Of a stretch of 64,000 nucleotides of DNA, positions 1-13,371 are shown in pieces. The stretch's first letter is position 1. Each line of letters starts with the position of its first letter. The notes under the pieces were generated by a model. The model made no database searches. It was not told the origin of the DNA and saw nothing but the letters and a program-made list of their open reading frames with translations. The stretch spans positions 10,908,587-10,972,586 of the forward strand of contig CM120648.1 of assembly GCA_051362555.1 (NCBI GenBank), in the 5' to 3' direction. The stretch is from Lingula anatina (lineage: Eukaryota > Animalia > Brachiopoda). Both the position numbers and the translations under genes were made by a program.

Positions 1-224
1 TGTGCTGGAGTCCGCAGTAACATAGAACAAATTTGGGCTTCATGTTATTATTTTCTAAATAATCACCTTACCCAGTACAATACAGATAAGGTACCAGAAT
101 CATGATGTAGCAGTAAAAACTTATCAACAACAACTACAGCTTAATCCTATTAAATAAATTTTTTCAATTGCAACATTCTTTTCTTGGAGGTCAATTTTAG
201 TGATAACACATCATAAAACAAAAA

Positions 225-1144
225 TAACTTACCAATGACAGTGCTGACTTTATAAAGAGACTTTAGAAAGTTCCTGAAAGTTCCTGAGCAAATTCCACTA
301 TAAGTTGCAACATATCATGGAACAGTAAAAGTACATACCAGTGACAAAGCCAATTTCTACAGTAGCAATGTCCCCACCTCAGATGCCAGTATCAGAAAAA
401 AACATTTCATAACACATTAAAAAATACTTACCAACCACAACGTTGCACCCTGAGCTTCAGAGCTGACTTGACACTAACCTTTTCACTGTAGCCTATCTCC
501 ATCGTGTCAAGTAACCTCTGACCAGATTCGAGTGCTCCCGCCGCCCGCCAATCAAATTTAAAGCCCGCACTCAATGACTCATTGAACGATCTAGCCAATG
601 AACGCGAACGAGTCAAAGCGCGCTTTGTTCAAATCCGGACCAATCAAAGATAAGGCTGAATATCAGGGACTTGCCGTAACCTGTGGGCAGCACGCAAAAT
701 ACATCATCCCTCAGTAGATAATGATGCAGGGCATCATACTGCTCTGGTTTCAATTCCGATATACTCCATGCTTTCTTTGTGTACGGTTATGCACTCGGAA
801 CCACTCGGAACTACTCGGATGTCTCCGCACTCGACAATAACTATGTTGTTAGTATGGAGCTTGCGGAATCAGCCGAGGATTGCCGATTGACGATCAACCA
901 ATCAGCGTTTTCACCAAACTTTGGTGAAAAATTTTGAAACATGGATTCGATTGGCTTATATAAAATAGGTCAAACTATTTTCGTCAGAGGTTACTTGACA
1001 CGATGGAGATAGGCTACAGTGAAAAGGTTAGTGTCAAGTCAGCTCTGAAGCTCAGGGTGCAACGTTGATTTCTACAATAGCAATATTCCTGCCTCGGATG
1101 CCAGTGTCAGTAAGAACATCTAATATAAATTTTTAAAAACTTAC
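225..1144 (-). repeat. Degenerate ~92-bp tandem copies of the 3' end and donor site of exon 1145-1282
   Basis: Copies at ~425-445+1060-1140 (near-identical, split by the MITE), ~330-425 and ~225-250. Confidence 0.85.
446..1059. mobile_element. Young non-autonomous DNA transposon (MITE), 614 bp
   Basis: Perfect 77-bp TIRs (446-522 and 983-1059), flanked by CAACGTTG at 438-445 and 1060-1067. The empty-site paralog at 1145-1200 has a single CAACGCTG. Confidence 0.93.
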
Positions 1145-1282
1145 CAACCACAACGCTGACTTCTACAATAGCAATATTCCTGCCTCGGATGCCAGTGTCA
1201 GTGACCACTTCACAGATGTATTCTCCACCTGCATCTGGCTGGGCATTAGGGATGACCAGTTGACCATTGGACTGTGTGGAAC
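1145..1282 (-). CDS. HSPG2: Perlecan exon, Ig C-terminal half ([46 protein letters not shown])
   Basis: tag|...|gtaag, 138 nt, phase 1-1, Ig GxYxC motif. Confidence 0.9.
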
Positions 1283-1675
1283 CTAAGGATTAATACAGGT
1301 CAGTCAATATGAAAAGATAATGGCTTCAAACACAGGTGGACTCTTGCTGGGCATTTGGGCGGATCCAAAGGAAAAATGTGAAATTTTAAAATGCTGAAAT
1401 ATTTTCCATGAAATCAAAAATATTTTTTTAAATTAGTTTCATTAATTCAAAATGATAAAAGTAACCTTGGAGAAAACAGAACAACAAACACACACGTATT
1501 AACACTTCCTTAAAATTTGGTTAATAACAATTACCTTAAAATATTCAAATAAGAATTTTTTACTTTGCATTTTGTACGGATGTTTCAGGGCCAAGATTTC
1601 CAAGGCATCTATGTCTAGTGCAGTATACAAGAACTGACTTTTTCTTTCATTCAACCATCTTGCTGACAAAAAGAA

Positions 1676-1722
<47 letters not shown>

Positions 1723-4700
1723 AAAGCTCACCAATGGGCAAGGATCCCTGAGCTCTGGTCCACCGGATGGTTCCAGCCACATTATTCCTGATATAACACT
1801 GTAACACCACCCTGCCTCCTACAGTTACCCTGATTCTCGGGTTGTTGATCACTGCGTATGTGTTGTTTACCACCAGTGGTCTCTCTGAAAATAATATTTT
1901 GTCCCGTGATATGAAGGGTGATTTGGGTTATCAAATTACTGTCTGAGAGAAGAGAAAACATGTTTTATTGATGAATGTTTTAAGTATTTCATGCTTTCTC
2001 GTGTTGATGGAGCAAAAAAAAAAAATTAATTAATTAATTAATTTCAACTATTTCTTGATTAGATTAAAATATCAATATTTCTAAAGACAAAATGTATTAT
2101 GTTAATTATAAAAGTATTCATATGCAGATACAAGTATACCCTTTCATAATATAAAACTGTTCCAGGACTATTTATACACACTCATGAACACATGCAGAGA
2201 TGCATGTACACACATACTTAAAAACCTCAAATCTTTATAAAAATAATATAAATTATATATATATATAAATAATTCCATGATGCCTACGTCTAACATAAAG
2301 TATCGTCTCCACACTGCTCTGTCCTGCGTTATTCCTTGCTGTGCATGTGTAGCGACCCTCATCCTCAGAGGACACAGAGTTAATGCGGAAGACACCTCCT
2401 CTGAATGTGCCCACACCCTGGCTGAAGCGTCCCCCAGACCAGGACAAGGTAGGCGTTGGTGAGCCGGATCCGATACATCTGAACTCGACAGATTCCCCTT
2501 CATATACAGTGGCATAGCGGGGCTCTATTCTCACATTTGGCTGTTCACCAGTCACTGCAGAAATGAAATATAATAACAATAAATATAATAATAATAACAT
2601 GATAATAGTTTACTACTACACCATAATAGCAGTCTTCTTTCAGGACAAGAGGTATATCAATGAATGAAAAAGAATCTAGCTCAAGTGCAGACTCCATATA
2701 GTGGTCACCATGTTACACTAAAAATTTTAAAATTTATTCAAAGCTTGTATTTGTAGATACATTAGAAACCCACTTATATCAGAACCTAAAAGGCTTAAAG
2801 TTTAAATACCACAGGTTTCAACAAAGAATTTGTACATTTTGTATCAGACCAGTAGTTTTCATAGGTCTACATGTCCAAGTGACCACTGGGCAGTAAAGCT
2901 TATCACACACACTTCACAATATCTACCATACCTGTCAGTCGCGCCTCGTCAGTATCGACACTGAAGAGATTGGATCCAGTACAGATATACACTCCAGAGT
3001 CCACAGGCTGGACATTCCGGATGGTAAGAATTCCGTTCTCGTCTGTTGCCTGAACTGGCAGCCGACCTCCCTGTTTTGTCCAAGCAATTGTGTAGGTGCT
3101 CTGAAGAGATGGAAATAGATTTGCAGGTAATTAAGGGAAAGATATTTAAACACTCGTCAGAAAAATAAAAAGATAGATAGATAATTACATTTGCAGGTTA
3201 TTATGGTAAAAGCTTTTATACTTATTACATAAATATGAATATTGCTACATTAAATAATACAATTTTAGAAGATAACATATATAAATATAAATCTACCTTA
3301 ACATACTGAAGTAATTCATAATATAGAATATTATGTGACTTATGTAACAGTAAGTAAGTCCCAATAGCTTCCCTTCTCACTGAGATGTTTCAAATATATA
3401 CCACAAAGAAACAAAATGTCAGACTCTAAAAATGTGTTGCATTCTATAAGGACAGTTTTCGTTAAAATTGCTTAAGATCTAAATAGACTAATTTAAAGCT
3501 TTCTGCCCTCTGTACAGTATTATTTAAAAACAACATCATTACCACAAAAGCAGATAAGAGAATACAAATGTTTTTAAAAAGCAAAAAATTCACATCTGAA
3601 TTCTGGACCTAAAATAAAAGGTCAAGAGAAAACAACGACTGGAAACTTTTAATTCAAGATCTGTTTTTGATTGGGAATAAGTGCCACTCATCAAAATAGT
3701 TGAGAATAGAACCCAAATGCACGATTAAAGGGTTTTCTTACAAATATCAAGTTTACAGCTGTATAGTGGTCCAGTAATATGTAATATCTTATAATGACTC
3801 TTTCACAAAAATATTAACAATATGTCAGTCCCGAATTGTCCAAAGAGTAAAAGAAGAACAGTGTGGTTAGAGTTTAACAGAATAAAAGACAAACTTAAAA
3901 GAAGGCATTTTGCTGCAAAATGTTAAAACGACTAAGAAGCATCTGTGCATTCAAAAGCACACATATTTGTCTCTGTTATCTAAATCTTGTTAATTAATAT
4001 TTCAAAACATACAATTTGCAATACATGTACAGCTGTTAAAGTTAGTAAACCAAGTGACAAAATAACATTTTTTACCTAACTTCATTTGTAGTACTTTGCA
4101 ATACAGCTGGCAGAAAAAATAGTCTAGCATGATGTACAATTCTTAATTGAGATCCAGTAGAGAGAGTGAAGATCTCTGCCAATCAAGGTTTAAGAAAAAA
4201 ACTCAAATGACTAGGGCACCTGGATGCAGTTTAAATTTCTTTCCCTCCTTAATAACTGTCTATCCTGGTATTTTACATAAAATTTTGTGAAGAACTTTTT
4301 GTGTTATCTTATACACTGAGTAACTGTTCCCAGGAGGCTGCTTTAAGTCTCCAAGAGGGAGGATGATATGTCATTAATTAGACTAAATTTTAAGTCCAAT
4401 AATGGCTTTAAAAGCCTATTATTTTTACCACATTTTGATCACCAAAAGTAGTTCTTCACTGCTTTTTTGCATTGGAAATAACAGTTTTAGTAAAACTATT
4501 TTCCTTAAAATTTATAATTGTTAAACCAATCAAATCTTGCAAACACAACAGAAAAGCTAACAGCTGGATCACCCAACTTCCTTAAACAAAATCATTATGC
4601 AATAACTTCAATAATAAGTCCAAATTTGGCATGCAATACTAGTTTTATATTGTTATGAACTTCCAAACAAAATCTTTAGTGTACAACATGGATTTTTAAG

Positions 4701-7700
4701 TTTGAAGTCTCAAAAGAAAAAAATTATTAGCTGCCAGCTATTATTATACTTAAAAAGCTGACCATACAAAAGAAATGTTTAGTCTAATATTAAAAATGTA
4801 TGTACAAATGGCAAACTTTGTTCTAAATCAATGAGACTGCAAAGCCTGAAAGACACACCAATCTAGCAAATACCCTAATCAAACTTAATTTTTCTAATAT
4901 AAATAAAATAATTGAGCTGACCTATTTCCTAATATCTATAGCATTAAATTAAGCACAGTGCAGACAATTACTTTAAACAGCAGTATCTATAATATTTCAG
5001 TATTTCCAATTAAACAAAAAATCTGAGCTATTTTTATTCTTAGTATCTATGACATTAAATAAAGCACATTGCAGGCGATTACTTTTAAACAGCAGTTCCT
5101 ATTATTATTATTTAATAGTTCTTGTTAAGTGAGTGTACATTTATCATTTGTATTACTGATGACAAAAATATTCATACAAAATAAATGGACAGACAGGCAG
5201 ACAAGACAAACAGAAGCACAGACAGACAGACAGATAGACGGACATACAAACACAAAACATTTAAATCTACGGCAGGATATTAGGAGTGCTTGATTAAAAC
5301 TCTCTACTGTGCTTTTTTAACTACATTAACCAATCAAATACAATATATTAATATAAATCAACCTTCCAAAAGCACTGTGACATACGCCGTTTGCTACTCT
5401 ACAAGCCTCTTGAGTTAAAGGTGTGTGCACTACTAAGCTAGTGTGTTAATGCTGTGATTGGAAAAATAAGTGCCAAAGAAACAGAGAAAAGAAATTGAAA
5501 TTATATAAGCAATGGGGAAAATTAAGGCCCTCCCGCACAACCTTAAGTTAAACACAACACCATAATTCATTAATCATGTCAATCAAAATTAAAATATTAA
5601 CATTAAGCCATTTGTCAAACCATAGGCATGTTTAGACACACAGTTTTAATGAAATTTTAATTTGATTATAAAAATTGGAAGCAACTGAAATTGTTTCAAT
5701 ACTATTCATCAAGTCACAATAGTGATACATAATGAGATGAATTCACTTGGTTTAAATTTCAGGACACAAAGATCCAATTTATTACAAAATTGTCATTCAT
5801 GTTCCTTCACCACAGCACTATATAAAGTGTGTGTAAACATGCCCTTTGCCAAAAAAGATGCAAATAACCACCATCAACCAATTATTCCTATCAAAAGTCA
5901 ACACATTAACAAAATTAGCCCATGAAATAATTAAACAATTTAACTACAGGTAATTTATCTACAGGACTAGATATCAGAAATTCTTCACATCTTAATTTGT
6001 TACATGATCTGATTTCTCCAGGAATTGTGAAATATACAGTTATAATTCAAATTGTCAAAACATTAGGAAAAAATTATCAAATCTGAATTTAAAAACAGCA
6101 TCATTACGTAATAAACCTCCAACTGATATCTAGTCCTTGTACTAGCAAATTACTGGTCATTTAATGCATACAGTTATGAAACGCCATGAAAAAATCAATT
6201 AAAATTTGAATAATATTAATTGTAAAATTATTCCATGGTGTTTCAAAGCACCTGGGGCTAGTTCCCCAAGAGATATTAAAACTGAAAGTAGGTCTCAACT
6301 TTAACACCCCAAATGTTTGTCTAGTTTCTCATTAAGTAGTTTACTAAAACAAAGTAACGGTTACTTTTGTTTCAAACATTATTCATTAGTTTCTTGTTAC
6401 AAAACAGACAATATTTTGAACTTACAGTTGAGACTTTCAGTCCGGATATTTCATTGTGTGACCAGCACCGAATCAACTTGAGCACAGCAGCACCACTGAG
6501 TGCCATGCTGACTGTTTAGACCCACACCTAAACCCAAACTGGTTCAGACGTCACATGGGTCACCAGACAATGAAATTACATAGGGCACAGGCCTGTAGGT
6601 TGGGAAGATTCATTGGGGTGGGGGAGAGAAAGTTTTTGGCCATAGAAGGGCCAATCTACATCAAAATGTGGTTCTATGCCATTTGTCCAATTGGCTCAAT
6701 TCAATTAGAAGTTACAATGGGCCACTTTTACAGAACAAGACCTCCCCCGCACCTCTGAAATTGATGGCGACTGGTCCGTGAACCATATTCAACAGCTACC
6801 TGATGTGATATCTGGAAAGACCAAGTCGTGTCCCAGATTATCAGACCACTTTCACCCAAACCAGTTCGAGTTAAGGGACCTGCTTCACAGAAGTAAATTT
6901 TTTTAATTTGAAAATTTTGACAAAGACTGCTAGCAGATTTATTTGACCAAGTCTTGTTTCATGAAGAATTTAAGCTGTTAACTTGCTTTGATTAATATTC
7001 TTCTAAGCCTTTAAAACATATTGTGATGGACTTGACAATCTTTTTTTCTCTGATCAATGACAATAACCCACTAAGGTGGGTCAACATCATGCACATTGAT
7101 CCAAGTATTGAGAAAATGTTCTAAGTTCTATCACAATTCAAACAATCCTAGTTCAGCAGTATACATTGTATAAGCGATGTCCCCAAATTTTTCTTCATGT
7201 GAAACAGGTTGTAGGTCTAAAACTGACCATGCCTTATGTCTGGTAATTATGCAACATGGGGTGTTGGAGCATGTGTGGCAACCCCCCTCCATCCCATAAT
7301 TTTAAGGAGTTTTTTATCCAATAGTCTCTAAAATTTGTCCCATTACTGTAAACCACTTGTGCAGTTTATCAACATCATCTGTTCCATTTCTGTTCTATTA
7401 AATTTGACTGCTTTATTGATTTATACAAATAATTCTGACAATGGAATTATCATATCCAGAAAAAAGGGTTTCATAAGAAAAATGCTCCAACTATCCCTGT
7501 GCTCTGTGGGGTTTTGTTGAGGTTCCATCATGATACAGAAAAGCTGCCATGTTATTAAGTGACACGATGTTAAAAAAGTCCATGGTAGTTGTATCATTAT
7601 AAACCAGTAAGTTAAAGTTAGTTGTTAAAAACTATTTCAAAATACAATTTAAACTTACCCTCATCTGCAACATGTTTGTAGCAGAACATATTCTCGTAAT

Positions 7701-10700
7701 CTTAAATCTACCAACTGGTAGAAATTCACATTAGTGACATATTAGACAATTTTAGAGGGATTTTTAATTAGTGACTTACTCTATTTCTTGGGTTTCCTCA
7801 AGTTGGGATAAAGGTTAAAGGTCAAGGCAGCTTTTCTGTGAGTTCTGAGCCTCATACAAATCCCCAGAGAAGATAATTATTGAAAAGAAGGGAAGAAAAC
7901 TACCAAATCTGACACATACATCTCTAACCTGGCTAATACCAGAACAAATGAAACGAATTGTTGCTCCAATCAACGCGGTCTGCTGCTTGGGTTCTTCAAC
8001 ACGGACCACAATGATATCTGTTCCTATAATAGTGGAAAGTAAATGGTGACAATTTGTTAAGAAAATATTTAAAAATCTACCCCGGGGTTCAAATCCAGAG
8101 CATGCTAACTTCTTTAATTTCAAACCCCTGTTATGACTGTCAGTGTAAAATGTAAAATGTGAGACTTGTTCACAACAATTATCAGAAACACACATCCAGT
8201 TATTTTGTTTAAAAAGGCCAAGTATTGTGGATTATTATGTAAAACATTCTAACATTTGTGATTAGTGCAGTAAACCTCAATTAAACACCAAAACTGAAGC
8301 TCTTTAAACAACAGAACAAAATGTCACTGCTGCCTGCTGCTTGGGCGTTTTCCCACAAAGAAATTGAGCAACTTTCAAGGCTTTTGCTAACATCAAAGAA
8401 CTCCAAGTTGTACATTGCAACAATACTAATGTTTCTGTGAGAATTACTTTTCATTATCAGAATAAAAATATTCAGAAATCATAATAAATCAAATCAATAG
8501 TTATCAATATAAGGTTTGTATTCGTTATAAATGTGATTAATTACATCAGATCAATTGAATCAAATATAAGGCAATCATCTTAAGTCAATTCAATTATATC
8601 AAATCATTGATTATATCAAATCAATGGTTGTCAATACTAACTTATCACCATAAATCATATCACTTACTGACTCTGACTTGCAGTCTAGCTGTGTCACTCT
8701 TACTCCCTCCGTCCACTGTGGACACAGTACAAATATACTCTCCCTGGTCAGGTTGCTGGACATCGCGGATGGTCAGTGAGTTATCATTGGCCACGTTGGC
8801 TCTTTGGGGTAGAGCAAGACCCCCTGACCGCGTCCAGCGCACCGTGAATACTCCTGGTCCCCGTGCTGAGCAGTCGAATCTTACTGTGCTGCCCACATAC
8901 TCTGTGATACTCTTTGGAACAACTTGAACATCGGGGACAACTGTGGAAAGAGAGAAGTCAGATAATGGGAGTTTAGTCTTGCGTGGTTCAGAAATAAGAT
9001 GTTCCATGTTACTAAGAACAAGTTTAGTTGGAATTAGTCAACAATAAGTGCATTAATAGAGTGAAATATGATAATACTCTGTTACCAAGATATGTTCTTC
9101 TTAAGATTTATTCAGTAACTTTCAAATGATGTTGCCTTCCTACATTATCTGAATAAAAACAAATCATCTTTTAATAACTCTGTTTCTCTCACCAATAACT
9201 GGAGTGCATCTACTCCCTGCCTGGCGAGGATTGCCCTGATATCCATTCGCACATCTGAAATATGATTTCAAAATCCATCAGAGAACTTTAAACACACTGA
9301 AAGATTTGTTGAGAAATTAAATGCTATGTAAAAAGCAAAACCATAAATAAGAAAATGTCTGCTTTTACAGATCTGATTTGTATTTTAGTTCTAAATGTCA
9401 TTGTAACTTTTATAAATTTATAGAAGTGGTGATGTTTTAAGTGCAGACAAAGTGCCTGTTCATAAGAACTTGGAGCAAAAGGCATCAAAAATGGAACTTT
9501 CAGGAGAACTATGTGCAATATTAAATGAAATTATAATAAATATATGAACCATAAAATGGGAAACATTAAGAGTGTCTAATGGCCAGAGATAAAAGTGGAT
9601 TTAAAAAAACATTCTAGAAAAATTGAAGAAACACCAGGAGCACAGCTATATATGGGAGAACCAGGGGTCATAAACTACGGAAGAACCAGGGGTCATAAAC
9701 ACAAGACCCTAATATCCAGATTTTTAGAAAAATCCAGAAGGCTCTCATTTCTAACTGACCTTTCACAATTCCTGCCCACATATCCCACAGGACACTGGTC
9801 ACATGTGACTTGACCATCAGGGTCCAAGTGACAGGTCCTGGAGAACCTGAAAAACAGTTTGACATATTATACACATTACTAGGCATTTCAACTCAAGAAC
9901 CTGAGCATCTCACTTGAGAACATGCATTTTTTTGCTTCACAGTTTTTTTTCTTCATTTATTTAATAACAATTATTTTTTGAAAACTGGAAAATGTTGTAC
10001 AGAAAGATGTAAGTCTTTAAACATAAAGAACTCTTAGTATAGTATAATTTAGAGTTAAAAATACTATGCGACTGGCTACAAAGCCAATAAAACTCCTTAA
10101 CACAACTACTATATGTATGTAACACCGTCACTCACTGGTTGGATGGAATGGTCAGAGGACAAGGACATGGTCGACAGTCATTGGGTGTTCCTATGGTAGC
10201 ATCGCCATAGTAACCATCAATACAACGGTCGCAGCGAGCACCCTCCGTATTGTGTTGGCAGTTCTTTGTGGAGAGAAAAAAGTAGCATTAAATCTGGTTA
10301 TTGTAGAAAAAAGTTAATAAGATACATGTGTACAAAAGAGGGGCTTTAAACTTTAAAAAAATAATTAAAACAATTAAATTGCTGAAAAGACATAAGGACA
10401 GGCTGTTCTGTTTCAGTACCCACCACACAAATGCCTGTGTCCCTATTGCAAGCTGAATAAAATCAACCATATTTTTACAAAGTGAATGGGCTTTTAATTA
10501 CATTAGCAGGCTGGACACTATGTTATTCTATTCCTAATTCCTACCAGACATATTCCAGTCTCCTCGTTGCAGGCAGAGGCATGCCCATGACATTCACATC
10601 TCGTACACCTTCCAAGCGGGTAGCTAGGATCTGCAATTCTGGTATAGCCAGGGGCACACAGCTGAAATATCACTCGTTATTCTTTAGTCTGTCTCTTTTT

Positions 10701-13325
10701 TCTTTTATTATGACATTAAATGTTGCCAGGTCTTATAATAAAAATATAAGTCAACAATAACATGAAAATTATAATAAAATTATTTTCATGCTGAGTATTT
10801 TACTAATAAATATATTTTTCTTCAGTTACTTAAATTTGAATTTTTTATTACTGCAATTATTTTCATTACCATAGTAATTATCATGATGATCTTTAAAGGG
10901 ATAATAACTCTTCGTATGAGATCTATGTTTCACAATAAAAACCTTGTGAATAACTCATAGAAATATAATATATTCTGTTTTACCACAAAACAGCAGTTAT
11001 AGCTATTATTCTGATAATCTTTAGACCACGCGACCTCCATTGATGTCTATACTCTGTTAAAATCTCTTAAGAGATTTTAACAAAAAACCAAACTTTTTAG
11101 AAAAAAACCAGGGACTAACTTTGAATGTAAAAATGGATTCATTAACCATTGGTAAGTATGGGAAAATTGTCGTTTACTCCAGGAAAATTCATTTTTTGGC
11201 CGAAACGAAGAGTTATTATTGCTTTAAGATAATCAGCTTGATTATCACTACTTTTTACTAATAATTATCATTTACATTACTATCATAACTAATTTCATAA
11301 TTTTTATGATTTATTTCATTAACTTCAATTATTATTATTATTATTATTATTTTTTTATTATTATTACCTGACAAGAGAGGCCAGAGTAGCCCTGTGGACA
11401 GGAGCAATCCTCCACCATGGGCACCTGTTGCTGACCATTGTTCTGTGGGACTGCAGTGTCCAAGCTCAAATCTCTCAACGTCGCAAGACCCATGAGGGTG
11501 TGGTATGTAGCACGGATCAAGATGGCGTCCAATTTGGCGAGAACGGCCATGAAGTCTTTCCTGGTGATGGGCTGGCGGTCTCGCCTGTTGAAGCTGGACT
11601 GAAGTGAATTTGAATCACAGGGTTCATGAAATTTTGTAATTATATCATTGTTGAAACTGTCAAGTGTAAAAGGTTTTGAACAAAAACACTTACACCCCAT
11701 TTCCATAGATTAGATCGACCTACTTAAGATCGACCTAACTCCCTGGGGGTTCACGCTAAATAGCTGTCAGCCGGGCGGACACAAAAGTTAATTACCTCCT
11801 TACAGCTTGTAGTAGGCGGGACAGACATTTAAGTCGGATTATCTGAAAGTAATCTAGTGAGACTCCCTGCAGGGATAGATCGATCTAAAATCTATGGGAA
11901 TAGAGCCTTAGTGCTAATAATTCCCTACCAACCAGTTAGCTACAAGTTCTAAAATAATTTCATTCATTCTTTCACAAGCATACCATTTCAATTTGAACAA
12001 ACAAACAAGACATCCAACACCATCTGAAATATTACTTCCGTAAATAAAAAGGTCAAATTAGCTAGCAGTTTAGGCAACTCACTTCTGTCATAGGTATTTC
12101 AAACCTTCTGCTCTCCTCGGGTCTGGTTCCTGGACGGAATAGATGGTACAGACGCATTTCTCCACTCTGGGTTTAAAAATAAATAACTTTTAATGACATA
12201 AATGAATAAACAAATATTATTAATTATTTACTGAAAAAGAGACTAAGAAACAGATCATTCCAAATAAAGATAAGACTTTCTTCCTATAATAATATTTCTT
12301 ATACAAACATTCACTTTATTCCAAACTTGGTGCCAGTAAGCACTGTATAATTGCAGATGAATGTAAAATGCATTAAACGTATTCCGTAATGCTAAAATTC
12401 CATATACCCCAGACTTTGTCTCACAGTTAATGCCCCCCTCCTCCCTCTCCTTCTTTCTCTCCTGTAGTTAAAAATATCATCTTACAATCAGCTCCAAGTC
12501 CACATCATTAATGGATCTGCCTGCATCCTGGGCCACACTGTACGACAGGAAAAACTTCAGTTTGTTACCATAGGAAAGAGTCTACGGAAAAAAAATTATA
12601 TGTAATTAAATATATAGATTACAGGGGCAGATTTAGAGATATTTTCTGACAGTCTTCCAAATTCTCTTTGTTGATCAAACTTTCATTTTTGACTGTCTTC
12701 CAACAGAATAAGATAGATTACAGTTAATGAAAACTTGAAAAAATCTGATCATCTTCTGGAAGACCAAGAAGACAGCCTCCATCCACCCCTGGTTTATGAA
12801 TATCAGAAAATTTGAATCTGATCAGTTTTCAACATATAAAATAAAACTGTATATAACTAGATTAACAGATCACAAATTTATTTATTGAGTCTATTCATCT
12901 TTTCTTTTCATTTTACCCATGTAAAAGTCTACTGAACATTTTATATGGATTTTAGACTATGAATAAATTTATTATTATTATTATTATTAATTTACCTGAT
13001 CTCCTCTGAACCGAGGAGGAAGATGGAAGAACAGACTTTCTCGCTCTCTTTGCACATCATTAAATTGGTTGAATGTGATTTCCTGTCCGCTGACCACAAA
13101 GCCGTCTGTGATTTGGCGCGACAGTCGACTGTTGGTCAGCATGAAGTTATGGCTGCCATCACTGGAAAACTGGGGTCGTATCTAGGGAAAGGAATGAACA
13201 GTTTGGAAATATTGCTAATTACTATCTTTATTTTTCTTCACGTCACCCCCTCTTTCTTTTTCCAATGTTTCTCTGTCTTTCACTTATATACACAAATCCC
13301 TCCTTAATCTTGCTCTCTTTTTCTA

Positions 13326-13371
<46 letters not shown>

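Noticed and set aside
428-616. ORF inside the MITE as a transposase remnant
   Set aside because: 62 aa, runs through the TIR, no DDE-type motifs
12999-13007. Second RGD (PRFRGDQ)
   Set aside because: Occupies the conserved structural F-L-G-D/N position of laminin IV domains, so it is probably incidental
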